DNA of 64,000 bases, from positions 8,360 to 72,359 of the forward strand of contig CANRVD010000002.1 of NCBI GenBank assembly GCA_947643145.1, given 5' to 3'. A model generated the notes under the pieces. It saw nothing but the letters and a program-made list of their open reading frames with translations, was not told where the DNA came from and made no database searches. Positions within the stretch are counted from its first letter, which is position 1, and the number at the start of each line of letters is the position of its first letter. The DNA comes from an uncultured bacterium (GTDB lineage: Bacteria; Bacillota; Clostridia; Lachnospirales; Lachnospiraceae). Below are positions 1 through 9,865 of the stretch, in pieces. The position numbers were made by a program, and so were the translations under genes.

Positions 1-589
1 CAATAAGTGGGTTCAGCCAGCGCGAAAAATAATCGTCCTTGGCAAACCTGCTAAAGCTGAAATAGCAAAGTACCGCATAGAGCATGACGGCAAGTTCTAT
101 ACGTCTTGTAATCTGATAAAATGCCTCCGCAAACAAAATAGAGATAAACCATGTGGGCATCATAAAGGTAAAAAAGTTTCCCATATAAAAGCCAATTGAA
201 AAAAGATATTCCATCTTATCTGCTGTATAGGGAAGATAAAGAAGGGAACTAAGAATCGTTGTTATGACAGAAAACGAAAGCAGTGCTGCTGCTCTGGCAG
301 CGCAGAGTATGGCAGGAGAGGCAATTGCATCCGAAAGCACATCTGTTCCCATACGGTGCTGCCTGTCAGATTCTGCTATAGTAAATACTGCCCACAATAT
401 AGCTCCAATGGTTGTCCCGGCAAGCACAGGGTTTGCAATGTATTTTCCTGACATGACTTCCGAATAGCTCATAGCAAAAACAGAATATCCCAAAAGCGGG
501 GCGCATAAGCATAATATCATAATGCCCCATAAGAATTTTGAAAGTGCCAGCCTCCTTAATTCTACACGGTAAAGAGAGAAAAATTTCAT
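1..589 (-). CDS. ABC-2 type transporter permease (partial, runs off window start)
   Basis: Not in ORF track. ATG at 589 overlaps the TGA of the ATPase (ATGA); translation MKFFSLYRVELRRLALSKFLWGIMILCLCAPLLG... is hydrophobic and open to position 1. Confidence 0.8.
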   Translation of the reverse strand, partial: MKFFSLYRVELRRLALSKFLWGIMILCLCAPLLGYSVFAMSYSEVMSGKYIANPVLAGTTIGAILWAVFTIAESDRQHRMGTDVLSDAIASPAILCAARAAALLSFSVITTILSSLLYLPYTADKMEYLFSIGFYMGNFFTFMMPTWFISILFAEAFYQITRRIELAVMLYAVLCYFSFSRFAKDDYFSRWLNPLI

Positions 590-1452
590 TCTTTTTCCCC
601 CTCTCTCTTTATACAGTAAAGATAGGCGTCTTCTAAGGTTGGGTCAGTGTTCTTTGCAAATGAAGGCAGCTTATCTGCCACGATTCTGCACTGTATGCCG
701 CCTGCAATATTGACTTTCGAGACTACCTCACACCCCTCTGGAACATTATCACCAAGCTGCGACACATAGATGCCGACATGCCCCTTTGTCTGCAAAATTA
801 AATCAGACGGTGTTCCGTCGAACAGGATGGAGCCGTTATATATAACAAGCACACGGTTACATACAGCCTGTACATCTTCGACAATATGTGTTGATAACAG
901 AATGATTTTATTCTGTGCCATTTCTGAAAAAATATTGCGGAATTTGACTCGTTCCTCTGGGTCAAGGCCAACCGTCGGTTCATCCAGGATTATTAGCTCA
1001 GGATTGCCAAGCAGCGCCTGTGCAATACCAACTCTCTGCCGCTGCCCGCCGGACAGGTTGTGTATTCTTACCTTTTTTCGCTCTGCCATATTGGTCTGTT
1101 CTAACACAGAATCAATTGCTTTGTTTTTATTTTTTATTCCTTTTAGAGCTGCCATATAATCTAAAAACTGCCAGACATTCAGCTCATCATACAAGCCAAA
1201 ACTCTGCGCCAGATATCCAAGTTTGGATTTAAACTTTTTTTCCTGTGAAAGCAGCGGCTTCCCATCAAGCAGAATTTTTCCTTTTGTGGGAACAAGTCCT
1301 GCAATCAGCAGTTTCATAAGTGTTGTTTTCCCCGCGCCATTCGGTCCGAGGATACCGATAAAATTCGGCGTTTCTGCCTGCAGAGTAATATCCTGCAGCG
1401 CTTTTTTTCCTGAAGGATAAATCATAGTAATGTCGTTTGCTTCAATCTTCAT
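586..1452 (-). CDS. ABC transporter ATP-binding protein
   Basis: Walker A GPNGAGKT, signature LSGGQ, Walker B IILDE; RBS GGAGG. Confidence 0.95.
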   Translation of the reverse strand: MKIEANDITMIYPSGKKALQDITLQAETPNFIGILGPNGAGKTTLMKLLIAGLVPTKGKILLDGKPLLSQEKKFKSKLGYLAQSFGLYDELNVWQFLDYMAALKGIKNKNKAIDSVLEQTNMAERKKVRIHNLSGGQRQRVGIAQALLGNPELIILDEPTVGLDPEERVKFRNIFSEMAQNKIILLSTHIVEDVQAVCNRVLVIYNGSILFDGTPSDLILQTKGHVGIYVSQLGDNVPEGCEVVSKVNIAGGIQCRIVADKLPSFAKNTDPTLEDAYLYCIKREGEKE

Positions 1453-1488
1453 ATGTGTATACCTCCTGCATACATCTTATCACATATT

Positions 1489-1540
1489 ATGCGGAGTCTG
1501 GTTGTAGTCCATGTGTGTTTTATGTGGAGTTTTTGTGTAG
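1489..1540 (-). promoter_or_regulatory. Putative OmpR-family response regulator binding repeats upstream of the ABC operon
   Basis: Imperfect 19-bp direct repeats ATGCGGAGTCTGGTTGTAG (1489-1507) and ATGTGGAGTTTTTGTGTAG (1522-1540), 33 bp apart, between the kinase and the ABC genes. Confidence 0.5.
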
Positions 1541-3063
1541 AAGGCAAAATGTCTTTTCAAATTCTGCTATAAACCTTACGCCATTTCCACAATTTTTTAT
1601 GCTGTGTTTCACTCCGTATGTGTCTAATATCATACGCAGGATGTATAGTCCAAGACCGCTGCCATGTGCTGTATCTTTACCGGCACGGTAAAAAGCTTCA
1701 TAAATATGCGGCAAGTGTTCCTCTTCTATATGTGCGGGAGCATTTGTAATGATTAATATGGATTTATCGTCTTTTTTCTGAAACGTCACACTGACTGTTC
1801 CGTTTTCCGGTGAATGCCCTATGGCATTTCCTATAGCATTCCCAAGCGCTTTTTTAAGCAGTTTTTCATTGCCTGAGGCATAAATATCCTCTTCTATATC
1901 TGAAATCAGGCGAACTGCTTGAAACTTTGCCATATCGCGGTAATCATTTAATAGCTCTTCAATCATGGAAGAAAGAAGTACGTGAGCCTCCTCTTCTCCC
2001 CTTGCCATGTCAATATACGAAATCGAAAGGATTTCTTTTATAAAACTGTTTAGAGACTGCAGGATTTTGGCGGAACGCGCAAGGTATTTTTCTCTGTCTT
2101 TATAAACACCGATTTCCGCCTGCATTCCCTCAAGCTGCCCAATAACTATAGCAATTGGGGTTTTAAGTTCATGTGAGACGCCCGAAAAGAAAAGCATGTT
2201 CCTTCGTTCTCTTTCTTGCTCAAAGGCAATTTCATCTGCAAGCAGGGCATTCTGGCTATTTAGCTCCATAAGTGCCGCATGTATTACTCCGGCGGTTAAA
2301 TATCGACGTTTTACTTGCTTAAATTTCCATCTGCTGCGTTGTCATCAATTGTTGTAGCACTCGCTACAACTCATTCTTCCGCCTTGCAGATGAAAATTTA
2401 TTCTGCGTAAAATTCATCGACATTTAACCGCCGGAGTAATAGTTTGTCAGACATTTTATTAATGCTTTTTGACAGCTCGCCTATTTCATCATCACGTATA
2501 TCCGGACAATACCAGTTAAAATCCAGATTTGCAATTCTGTCAGCAATCTTGCTTACACGGATAATCGGGCGGGTCATATAATATGAAAATAACGATGCAC
2601 TCAGAATTGACAATAGTAATATGCCACTGCCAACAAATGGCAGGCTTTGATGAAGTGCACTTGTTATTTCTTTTGTGTGAAATGGATTGTAACCGGCTAT
2701 AAGAATATATTCCTTGTCAGAATCCATAAATCGGAACGGATATTCTTTTTCCTGCACTTGTATCTTCTGCTTGTTTTCTTTTACCACAAAGGTAAACAAG
2801 TTGACTTCTTCACGGTTGGCATTCACTAATATTAAATCTGCGCCTGTTTCTTTGATAAAGTCTAGAAATAAATTCTCGCTTTCTGATACTTTTGCCTTCC
2901 TTAGCTTAGAAACTAATTCCTCCGTTTTTACCTCGAGTTTCCTGCGTGTTTGCTTCTCATTGGTTTCCGGAAGGAAAATTCCAATAAAAGAATATGATAA
3001 AACACTGATCATAAGGCAGAGTGCCAGCAGCATAAAAAATGTTTTTTGTGTTAACTTCCGCAT
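1520..3063 (-). pseudogene. Sensor histidine kinase (HAMP-HisKA-HATPase) split by MITE insertion
   Basis: 2398-3063 has TM+HAMP (DEIGELSKSINKMSDKL); 1520-2269 has the H-box SHELKTP and GSGLGL. Removing 2284-2441 restores in-frame MSDKLHAALMELNSQ. Confidence 0.92.
2284..2439. mobile_element. MITE, arm type A / core type 1
   Basis: TIRs TTACTCCGGCGGTTAAATATCGA...TCGACATTTAACCGCCGGAGTAA; TA duplication at 2282-83 and 2440-41. Confidence 0.92.
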
Positions 3064-3100
3064 AATCCCCTCCTTTTACGCACAGTTTTTTCTTCAATCC

Positions 3101-3763
3101 TCAATGTTTTTGCAGTTTATAACCTACGCCGCGGATTGTTTCAATATACTCTTCTTCCCCTAATTTTTTCCTTATATTTTTTATATGTGTATCTACAATC
3201 CGCGTATCTCCGTAATACTCGTATCCCCAAAGCTTTTCAAGAAGTGATTGCCTTGTGACAACTTCACCTGGCGTCTGCATAAGCTCTAGTAAAATTTCAA
3301 ATTCTTTCAATGTAAAGTCCACGTTTTTTTTGTTAACACTTACCGTATATCCCTTTAAATTCAGTGAAATATTATGATAGCTTAGGCAGTCTGTCCCAAT
3401 GTGGGCGGCCCTTCTTAGAACAGCAGCCACTTTATGCAGCAGAAGTGTCATGGATACAGGCTTTGTAATATAATCATCAATATGCAGGTTATATCCGCGC
3501 ACCTGATGTTCCTCGCTGCCAAGTGCCGTAAGCATGATAACTGGCACGTCAGAATCTTTGCGAAGCAACTCGCATACACCATAGCCGTCAATTTTGGGTA
3601 ACATCAAATCAAGCAGTACCAAATCAAAATCATATTTTCTGACAATTTCCAAGGCTTCTATCCCATCTGCTGCTGTTATTACCTTATACTCTGCGCTTTC
3701 TAAAAAATTCATAAGGAGCTCCCGATAATCAGGGTCATCCTCCACCACAAGAATCAATGCCAT
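3101..3763 (-). CDS. OmpR-family response regulator
   Basis: Receiver VVEDD...LLDLMLP and wHTH ending ETIRGVGYK; likely start 3763 after GGAGG. Confidence 0.95.
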   Translation of the reverse strand: MALILVVEDDPDYRELLMNFLESAEYKVITAADGIEALEIVRKYDFDLVLLDLMLPKIDGYGVCELLRKDSDVPVIMLTALGSEEHQVRGYNLHIDDYITKPVSMTLLLHKVAAVLRRAAHIGTDCLSYHNISLNLKGYTVSVNKKNVDFTLKEFEILLELMQTPGEVVTRQSLLEKLWGYEYYGDTRIVDTHIKNIRKKLGEEEYIETIRGVGYKLQKH

Positions 3764-4229
3764 ATGCCACCTCCGGTAATTTGTACAGTTGAAAAACATA
3801 AAGAAGTTTTAAATAGAATTAATTCACTATTCATAACTTATCACGTTATTGTAGCATAGCTGGTTCTCCAACTGCAAGGCATCAGATACGGAAGTGTTTA
3901 ATAATCATGTATTCACAGAGTAAAATTGGTGCAATTCCACTGCCTATCAATAACTGTGGGTTACTTTTTCAAAAAAACGTGGAAAGTCAAATAATGAATG
4001 GTGTTGACAAACAGGTATACAAATGTCATCATTGATTTGTATACCTGTTGGCAGGTTCTTCTGCATGTTCGTTTTACCGTGTAATGTATCTGAAACGGAA
4101 AGACGGGACTTGCGGTAAGATATTTCCGGCTACAGACAGTTGCTTCGTATACCAGTCTGGCGTATCATTCTATGATTATAATGAAAAGACAAATGAGCCG
4201 TTTTGGAAATTGTTTGGGATTAAGGATAT

Positions 4230-4460
4230 AAATAAGTTCTTTGGGGGTGATGCTTTTAGATTTCATAATTTGAGAAAAGAAAAGGAAGAGATTTGGAAGG
4301 GTATTTTGCTATGGATGTAGAATCTAAAAGAGAACCTTGGAGGATTAATTTGCAACCATTAAATAAGGATAAGCAGCCATATAATCCATGTAATATTGAC
4401 GAAATAGCAGAAAGTGTAAAAATTATTGAAATTATGGAGGTGAGCAAACATTATGAGTGA
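4230..4460 (+). pseudogene. HigB/RelE-like (plasmid maintenance killer) toxin relic
   Basis: FRFHNLRK, then a frameshift, then RDLEGYFAMDVESKREPWRINLQP...IMEVSKHYE*, overlapping the higA start; no intact N-terminus; left boundary approximate. Confidence 0.7.
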
Positions 4461-5532
4461 TTATATTGAATATAATGATAAAATTGCGTTTCACCCAGAA
4501 TACTATATTAAAGAAATTGTTGAAAATAGTGGGCTTACTCAGGAGGTCTTTGCTAAGAGACTGGATACTACGCCTAAAAATCTTAGTTTACTGATTAGAG
4601 GAGAACAAAGCCTATCTATTGATATAGCTATGAAATTATCCAGAATGATAGGAACCAGTGCTAATTATTGGTTAAATTTGCAAAATGCTTATAATGCCTT
4701 AATAGCTGAATGTAAATCGGAAGAAGAATTAGTAAGAGAACGTAAAACATTTGAGTATTTCGATTATAAATATTTCAGAGATAATTATGGCTTACCGGAT
4801 TTACCACGGAAAAAGAATGAACAGATTAAGAGAGTCAGGCAATTTCTTAATGTAGCAACACTTTCCGTATTTGCCAAAAGAGATATGGCTGTAAGTTTTA
4901 GAAATTCTACAAAAGAGATATCAGAGGGAAATATTATTAAGGCTAATGTTATGGTTCAGATTGCAACAAATAAAGCACTAAAGACAGAAGCACCCAAATT
5001 TAATAAGAAGAAATTTGAAGATGCTGTCAAATATGCATTGACCTTAACTAAAAATCACGAAGAATTTTACCCATTGATTCGTAATGCATTTCTTGAGGCT
5101 GGTGTGATTTTTATTATTTTGCCTAATATGTCTGGTTCAAAAACAAATGGTGCTACAAAAAAAATTGGCGACAATATAATGCGAATGGTAAATGATAGAA
5201 GATTGAATGCAGATTCATTTTGGTTTACTCTTTTTCATGAGATTGGGCATATTGTTAATGGTGATTATGGTATTTCTTTTGAAAAAGAAAGTGGCGGGCA
5301 AGAGGAAGCTGCTGATAAGTTTGCAGAAGATAGTCTGATACCGCTGGAAAGGTATCAGGATTTTTTAGCTGAAAAGAAGTTTGATTTGCAGTCTATAAAA
5401 ACATTTGCAAATCAGATTGAACGTGACTCTGGAATTATTCTTGGAAGATTACAGAAGGATGGAATTATTAGCTTTGATGATTGGAGAATGAAGTCACTAC
5501 GGCATAAGTACAGAGTAAAAACTGCACTTTGA
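4453..5532 (+). CDS. higA: HigA-family antitoxin (XRE HTH) fused to an ImmA/IrrE metallopeptidase
   Basis: AFHPxYYI start, HTH, SANYWLNLQ, and HExxH motif FTLFHEIGH. Confidence 0.88.
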   Translation: MSDYIEYNDKIAFHPEYYIKEIVENSGLTQEVFAKRLDTTPKNLSLLIRGEQSLSIDIAMKLSRMIGTSANYWLNLQNAYNALIAECKSEEELVRERKTFEYFDYKYFRDNYGLPDLPRKKNEQIKRVRQFLNVATLSVFAKRDMAVSFRNSTKEISEGNIIKANVMVQIATNKALKTEAPKFNKKKFEDAVKYALTLTKNHEEFYPLIRNAFLEAGVIFIILPNMSGSKTNGATKKIGDNIMRMVNDRRLNADSFWFTLFHEIGHIVNGDYGISFEKESGGQEEAADKFAEDSLIPLERYQDFLAEKKFDLQSIKTFANQIERDSGIILGRLQKDGIISFDDWRMKSLRHKYRVKTAL

Positions 5533-5624
5533 TGATGTTGGGGTTAAAAGCACATTAGGATATAGCAAATATGGGATGTTTGGAAGTGGAATAAAGAGAA
5601 AGAATAAAAAGGGGGATTATAATA

Positions 5625-6128
5625 ATGCATTTTACATATTGTCCACACTGTGGAAGTAGTCTTATTAAAAAAGAGATAGGTGATGAAGGAATGCTTCCAT
5701 TCTGCGAAAGATGTGAGATTCCTTTATGGGATATGTTTACTACAAGCATAATAGCAGTGGTTGTTAATGAGTATGATGAAATCGCACTATTAAAACAGAA
5801 TTATGTATCAACCACTAAATATGTTTGTGTTGCAGGAATTATGAAAATAGGTGAATCAGCAGAGGATACGGTTATTCGTGAAGTTTCGGAGGAGATTGGT
5901 TTACAGATAGATGATTTACGTTACATAAGAAGTTATCCATACAATAAAAAAGAAATGCTTATGCTTGGATATAAAGCAACCGTAAAGAAGAAAGATTTTA
6001 TAATATCAAATGAAGTTGATTCGGCTGAATGGGTTAAATCGGATATTGCATTAAGTCTTTTGCGTGAAGGCAGTATAGGATGGCAGTTGGTTAAAGAGAT
6101 AATAGAAAAAGACCCAGAGAAGGAGTGA
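5625..6128 (+). CDS. NUDIX hydrolase, NudC-like with zinc ribbon
   Basis: CPHCG...CERC and Nudix box GESAEDTVIREVSEEIG. Confidence 0.88.
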   Translation: MHFTYCPHCGSSLIKKEIGDEGMLPFCERCEIPLWDMFTTSIIAVVVNEYDEIALLKQNYVSTTKYVCVAGIMKIGESAEDTVIREVSEEIGLQIDDLRYIRSYPYNKKEMLMLGYKATVKKKDFIISNEVDSAEWVKSDIALSLLREGSIGWQLVKEIIEKDPEKE

Positions 6129-6132
6129 GGTA

Positions 6133-6354
6133 ATGCGGCATGCAGAAATTAAAGACCTGGATTGTGTTTTGCAGATTACAAGTGACACCATATCGGATGT
6201 ATATTCCCATTATTATGCAGAGGGTGTGGTTAATTTTTTCTTAAATCATCACAACAGAGAAAATATTTTATCTGATATTGAAAATGGGCTGGTATGGCTG
6301 TTAGAGGAAGATGAAAACGCAGGGGATTATCAAAAGAGTAGGAAGCAGTCATAA
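6133..6354 (+). pseudogene. GNAT acetyltransferase, C-terminally truncated
   Basis: GNAT-like N-terminus; ends before any acetyl-CoA binding motif. Confidence 0.55.
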
Positions 6355-6387
6355 TGGACATTGGGAACTGCTTTAGTCAGCACCTTT

Positions 6388-6588
6388 TTACTTTTTTAAA
6401 AATTCAAGTCTATCAGTATTTAATTCATAACGATTTATAAAATCGTCAGTATTTCGCTTACAAGCCCATTCTTTCGCCATTTCTTCCAAGCGCGTGCAGT
6501 AAAATCCTTTGCCATAATCATTATGCTCATTACCGATATTTCTATTTGGAATCTCAATAATGTGGTCTGTTCCGTGTAGTAAAGTGAT
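6388..6588 (-). pseudogene. DUF3990-like (ADP-ribosyltransferase-fold) gene fragment
   Basis: Not in ORF track. ITLLHGTDHIIEIPNRNIGNEHNDYGKGFYCTRLEEMAKEWAC...; no start codon, early stop. Confidence 0.7.
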
Positions 6589-6600
6589 TGGAGTGTTAAC

Positions 6601-6616
6601 CTTACAAAATCGTAAC
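6601..6616 (+). promoter_or_regulatory. BceR/GraR-like inverted repeat operator
   Basis: CTTACA-aaat-CGTAAC upstream of a BceAB-like transporter. Confidence 0.5.
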
Positions 6617-6673
6617 CTTATGTCACCTTATACACAGGACAATTTCATTTATAACATATATAATACTTTTATA

Positions 6674-6741
6674 TTACATCGAAAGTTCAGTATTGCAAGA
6701 ATTTACGAAGTATAAATTGCGATATTGAACCACCGGGGTAA
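6674..6741. mobile_element. Internally deleted arm-A MITE
   Basis: Left end resembles 30628-30672, right end GCGATATTGAACCACCGGGGTAA; TA on both flanks. Confidence 0.7.
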
Positions 6742-6775
6742 TAACAAGGATGTTGGGTTCAAAAGGAGGGATTGT

Positions 6776-7543
6776 ATGAGCAGTATATTAAAAATCAGTC
6801 AGATTGAAAAGTATTATGGCAGCAAATCCAGTCTGACAAAGGCGATTGACAACATATCATTTGAGGTTGACTCGGGGGAATTTGTTGCCATAATGGGGGC
6901 ATCCGGCAGTGGAAAGACAACGCTATTAAATTGTATTTCTACCATTGACAGGGTGACATCCGGACACATCTATGTTGCGGGTGAAGACATTACCGGATTA
7001 AGGGGCAATGCATTAAATAAGTTTCGCAGGGAACAGCTTGGGTTTATTTTTCAGGATTTCAATTTGTTAGATACTTTAACTGCCTATGAGAATATTGCAC
7101 TGGCATTGTCTATTCAAAATGTTCCTGCGAATGAAATTGATTTGCGTGTGAGGAAAGTGGCAAAAGAACTTGGTATTGAGGCAGTGTTTGACAAATATCC
7201 ATATCAGATGTCAGGTGGGCAGAAACAGAGAGTAGCTTCTGCGAGGGCGATTATCACAAATCCAAAACTGGTTCTTGCGGATGAACCGACAGGTGCTCTG
7301 GATTCCAAGTCGGCAAGGATGCTTTTGGAGCGTTTTGAATATCTGAATCAGACGTTGCTGGCAACTATTTTAATGGTTACACATGACTCGTTTACTGCCA
7401 GTTATGCGTCGCGAGTTATTTTTATAAAAGATGGAAAGATATTTCATGAAATCAACCGGGGAGGAGAGGGACGAAAGGTATTTTTTGATAAAATCATAGA
7501 TGTCATTACGTTGTTAGGAGGGGATGTAAGCGATGCTCTTTAA
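6776..7543 (+). CDS. BceA-like ABC transporter ATP-binding protein
   Basis: GASGSGKT, MSGGQ, LADEPTG; ATG at 6776 after AGGAGG. Confidence 0.95.
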   Translation: MSSILKISQIEKYYGSKSSLTKAIDNISFEVDSGEFVAIMGASGSGKTTLLNCISTIDRVTSGHIYVAGEDITGLRGNALNKFRREQLGFIFQDFNLLDTLTAYENIALALSIQNVPANEIDLRVRKVAKELGIEAVFDKYPYQMSGGQKQRVASARAIITNPKLVLADEPTGALDSKSARMLLERFEYLNQTLLATILMVTHDSFTASYASRVIFIKDGKIFHEINRGGEGRKVFFDKIIDVITLLGGDVSDAL

Positions 7544-9581
7544 ATTATCTATAAAAAATATACAAAAGAGTATGAAAGATTATGCGGTGTATTTTTTCAC
7601 CCTGATTATCGGCGTCGCAGTTTTTTATATGTTTAATGCGATTGAAACGCAGACAGTTCTTTTGGATGTATCAGATTATATGCGTGAATATATTGGTATA
7701 ATGTCAGATGTGCTTTCGGCGGTTAGCGTATTTGTATCGGTTATTCTTGGATTTCTGATAATCTATGCCAGCAGGTTTTTGATGAAAAGAAGAAATAAAG
7801 AGTTTGGGGTATATCTTACGCTGGGTATGGGAAAAAGAAAGATTTCCATGATTCTATTTATAGAAACATTGCTGATAGGCGTTATTTCACTGGTAGTCGG
7901 ACTTGGATTTGGTATTTGTGGTTCGCAGGTTTTAAGTGTTCTCGTTTCTAATATTTTTGAAGCAGATATGACAAAGTTTGAATTTGTAGTATCTGTAGAA
8001 GCATGTGCTAAATCTGTTATTTATTTTGGGATTATGTATTTTCTGGTGATGATTTTTAATACAGTGGTAATTAGCAGATGCAGGCTGATTGAATTATTGC
8101 AGGCGGGGAAAAAGTCAGAAGAGGTTAAAATGAAAAATCCTCTGCTGTGCGTGGTGGTTTTTCTGATATCTGCAGCAGCGCTTTGTTATGCGTATTATAT
8201 TGTGACAGCAGGAATTGATAAGTTAGATGATACCAATTTTGTGTTTTTTATAATTGGCATTGGTGCTGTCTCTACATTCTTTATTTTTTGGTCTGTTTCG
8301 GGACTCCTGCTAAAGATTGTAATGCATTGTAAAAAAATATATTACAAGGGACTAAACAGTTTTATCCTGCGCCAGATTAGCAGTAAAATTAATACGATGG
8401 TATTATCTATGACCGTTATTTGTCTGATGCTTTTTGTAACAATTACTGTATTGTCATGCTTTTTGTCTATTAAAAATGCAATGTCATCTAATTTGTCTGA
8501 GCTTGCACCTGTGGATTTGCAAATGGGGATTGAGATGAATGTAAAAAAGGGACAGGGACATTATAATAAAAAGCAGAGGAATCATGTCGGGAGCACGGTG
8601 CTGGAGTTATATAAAAAGCTGGGAGCGGATATTGAGCCTTATTTTAAAGAATATGTTGAAGTCTATCTGTATGAGACGAAAAAGTTGACATTTAGTGATA
8701 CTTTGGGAAGTACAGTGGCAGGCATGAAGGAACTGTATCCATATATGGATTATAATGTACCGGAAGTTCTTATTACAATTAGTGATTATAATAAAGTTGC
8801 TAAAATATATGGAAAGGAAACCTATTCTTTGGCAGAGGATGAATATATGATAATAGCAAATTTTGAGCCAAAGATAGAAATGAGAAATGAGGCACTAAAA
8901 AAGCAGGAGAAAATTACAGTTTTTAATTATAGTCTGAAGCCAAAATATACGGAATGCAAGGATGGTTTTATTGAAATGGAGGGGAGTCCTGCCAACGAAG
9001 GGATTCTTGTAATACCGGACACGGCAGCCGATGATAAGTACATTGCCAGAAATGTATTAATAGGAAATTATAAGACTACGGATAAAAAGGAAAAATATAA
9101 AATAGATGAGGTCCTCAATTCTGTTAAGCCGTATGAAAAGGATTACATTCTTCCAAATGGAAGCAGTAAGGTTGGGATTATAGATGGAAATATAGGCAGT
9201 GGGGCCATGCTGACATTTATTGGTATTTATCTTGGAATTATTTTTCTGATATCCAGTGCTGCCATTCTTGCATTAAAGGAATTGTCGGAAAGTTCAGAAA
9301 ATATAGAGCGTTATCAGATGTTACGCAGAATTGGGGCAGATGAAAAAATGATATCAGTGGCACTTTTCCGTCAGATAGGTATTTTCTTTTTGTTTCCGTT
9401 GGCTTTTGCCTGTATTCATGCTGTCTTTGGTATAAAGTTTACTACTTATTTTTTAGCGGCATTTGGCCAGACAAATTTGTTGCCGCCCATTATAGTAACG
9501 GCTGGCATATTGATATTTATTTATGGGGGGTATTTTCTTATCACATATATGTACAGTAAAACAATAATCCGGGAAAAATAG
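7533..9581 (+). CDS. BceB-like FtsX-family ABC permease (peptide antibiotic resistance type)
   Basis: 682 aa, many TMs with a large extracellular loop, RRNKEFGVYLTLGM motif. Confidence 0.9.
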   Translation: MLFKLSIKNIQKSMKDYAVYFFTLIIGVAVFYMFNAIETQTVLLDVSDYMREYIGIMSDVLSAVSVFVSVILGFLIIYASRFLMKRRNKEFGVYLTLGMGKRKISMILFIETLLIGVISLVVGLGFGICGSQVLSVLVSNIFEADMTKFEFVVSVEACAKSVIYFGIMYFLVMIFNTVVISRCRLIELLQAGKKSEEVKMKNPLLCVVVFLISAAALCYAYYIVTAGIDKLDDTNFVFFIIGIGAVSTFFIFWSVSGLLLKIVMHCKKIYYKGLNSFILRQISSKINTMVLSMTVICLMLFVTITVLSCFLSIKNAMSSNLSELAPVDLQMGIEMNVKKGQGHYNKKQRNHVGSTVLELYKKLGADIEPYFKEYVEVYLYETKKLTFSDTLGSTVAGMKELYPYMDYNVPEVLITISDYNKVAKIYGKETYSLAEDEYMIIANFEPKIEMRNEALKKQEKITVFNYSLKPKYTECKDGFIEMEGSPANEGILVIPDTAADDKYIARNVLIGNYKTTDKKEKYKIDEVLNSVKPYEKDYILPNGSSKVGIIDGNIGSGAMLTFIGIYLGIIFLISSAAILALKELSESSENIERYQMLRRIGADEKMISVALFRQIGIFFLFPLAFACIHAVFGIKFTTYFLAAFGQTNLLPPIIVTAGILIFIYGGYFLITYMYSKTIIREK

Positions 9582-9586
9582 AAATA

Positions 9587-9620
9587 TAAAATCATGCGAT
9601 ATTTAACTTCCGAAGTAATA
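9587..9620. repeat. Solo right end of arm-A MITE
   Basis: AAAATCATGCGATATTTAACTTCCGAAGTAATA matches 18401-18433. Confidence 0.7.
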
Positions 9621-9657
9621 GAACAAAGCTTTTTCTGTATCGGATGGGAGATTTGTA

Positions 9658-9862
9658 AATCTTCGTTAATTTGCATAGAAGAAAAAGTAAGGGAGTGGAC
9701 GAATTATTTTTATTTCAAGGCTGTTCGAGGCCGTTGGTGCTTAAACTGCGTAATGTGCTGTTTTATGCACCATTACGTGCCTCGTCAAGCGGAAGCGTGC
9801 CTTAATAAAAATAATTTGTCCATTTCCTTTATGATAAATAATAATGCAAATTGACGAAGTCC
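9658..9862. mobile_element. ~205-bp palindromic element, family C
   Basis: Ends CTTCGTTAATTTGC...GCAAATTGACGAAGT; homologous throughout to 26547-26753; ends approximate. Confidence 0.8.
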
Positions 9863-9865
9863 GTA

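Noticed and set aside
9594-9854. ORFs overlapping MITEs/REPs (9594, 30724, 33479, 35895, 47478, 51100, 53943)
   Set aside because: They are translations of repeat DNA; the recurring AHRLRWCA peptide is just the REP hairpin
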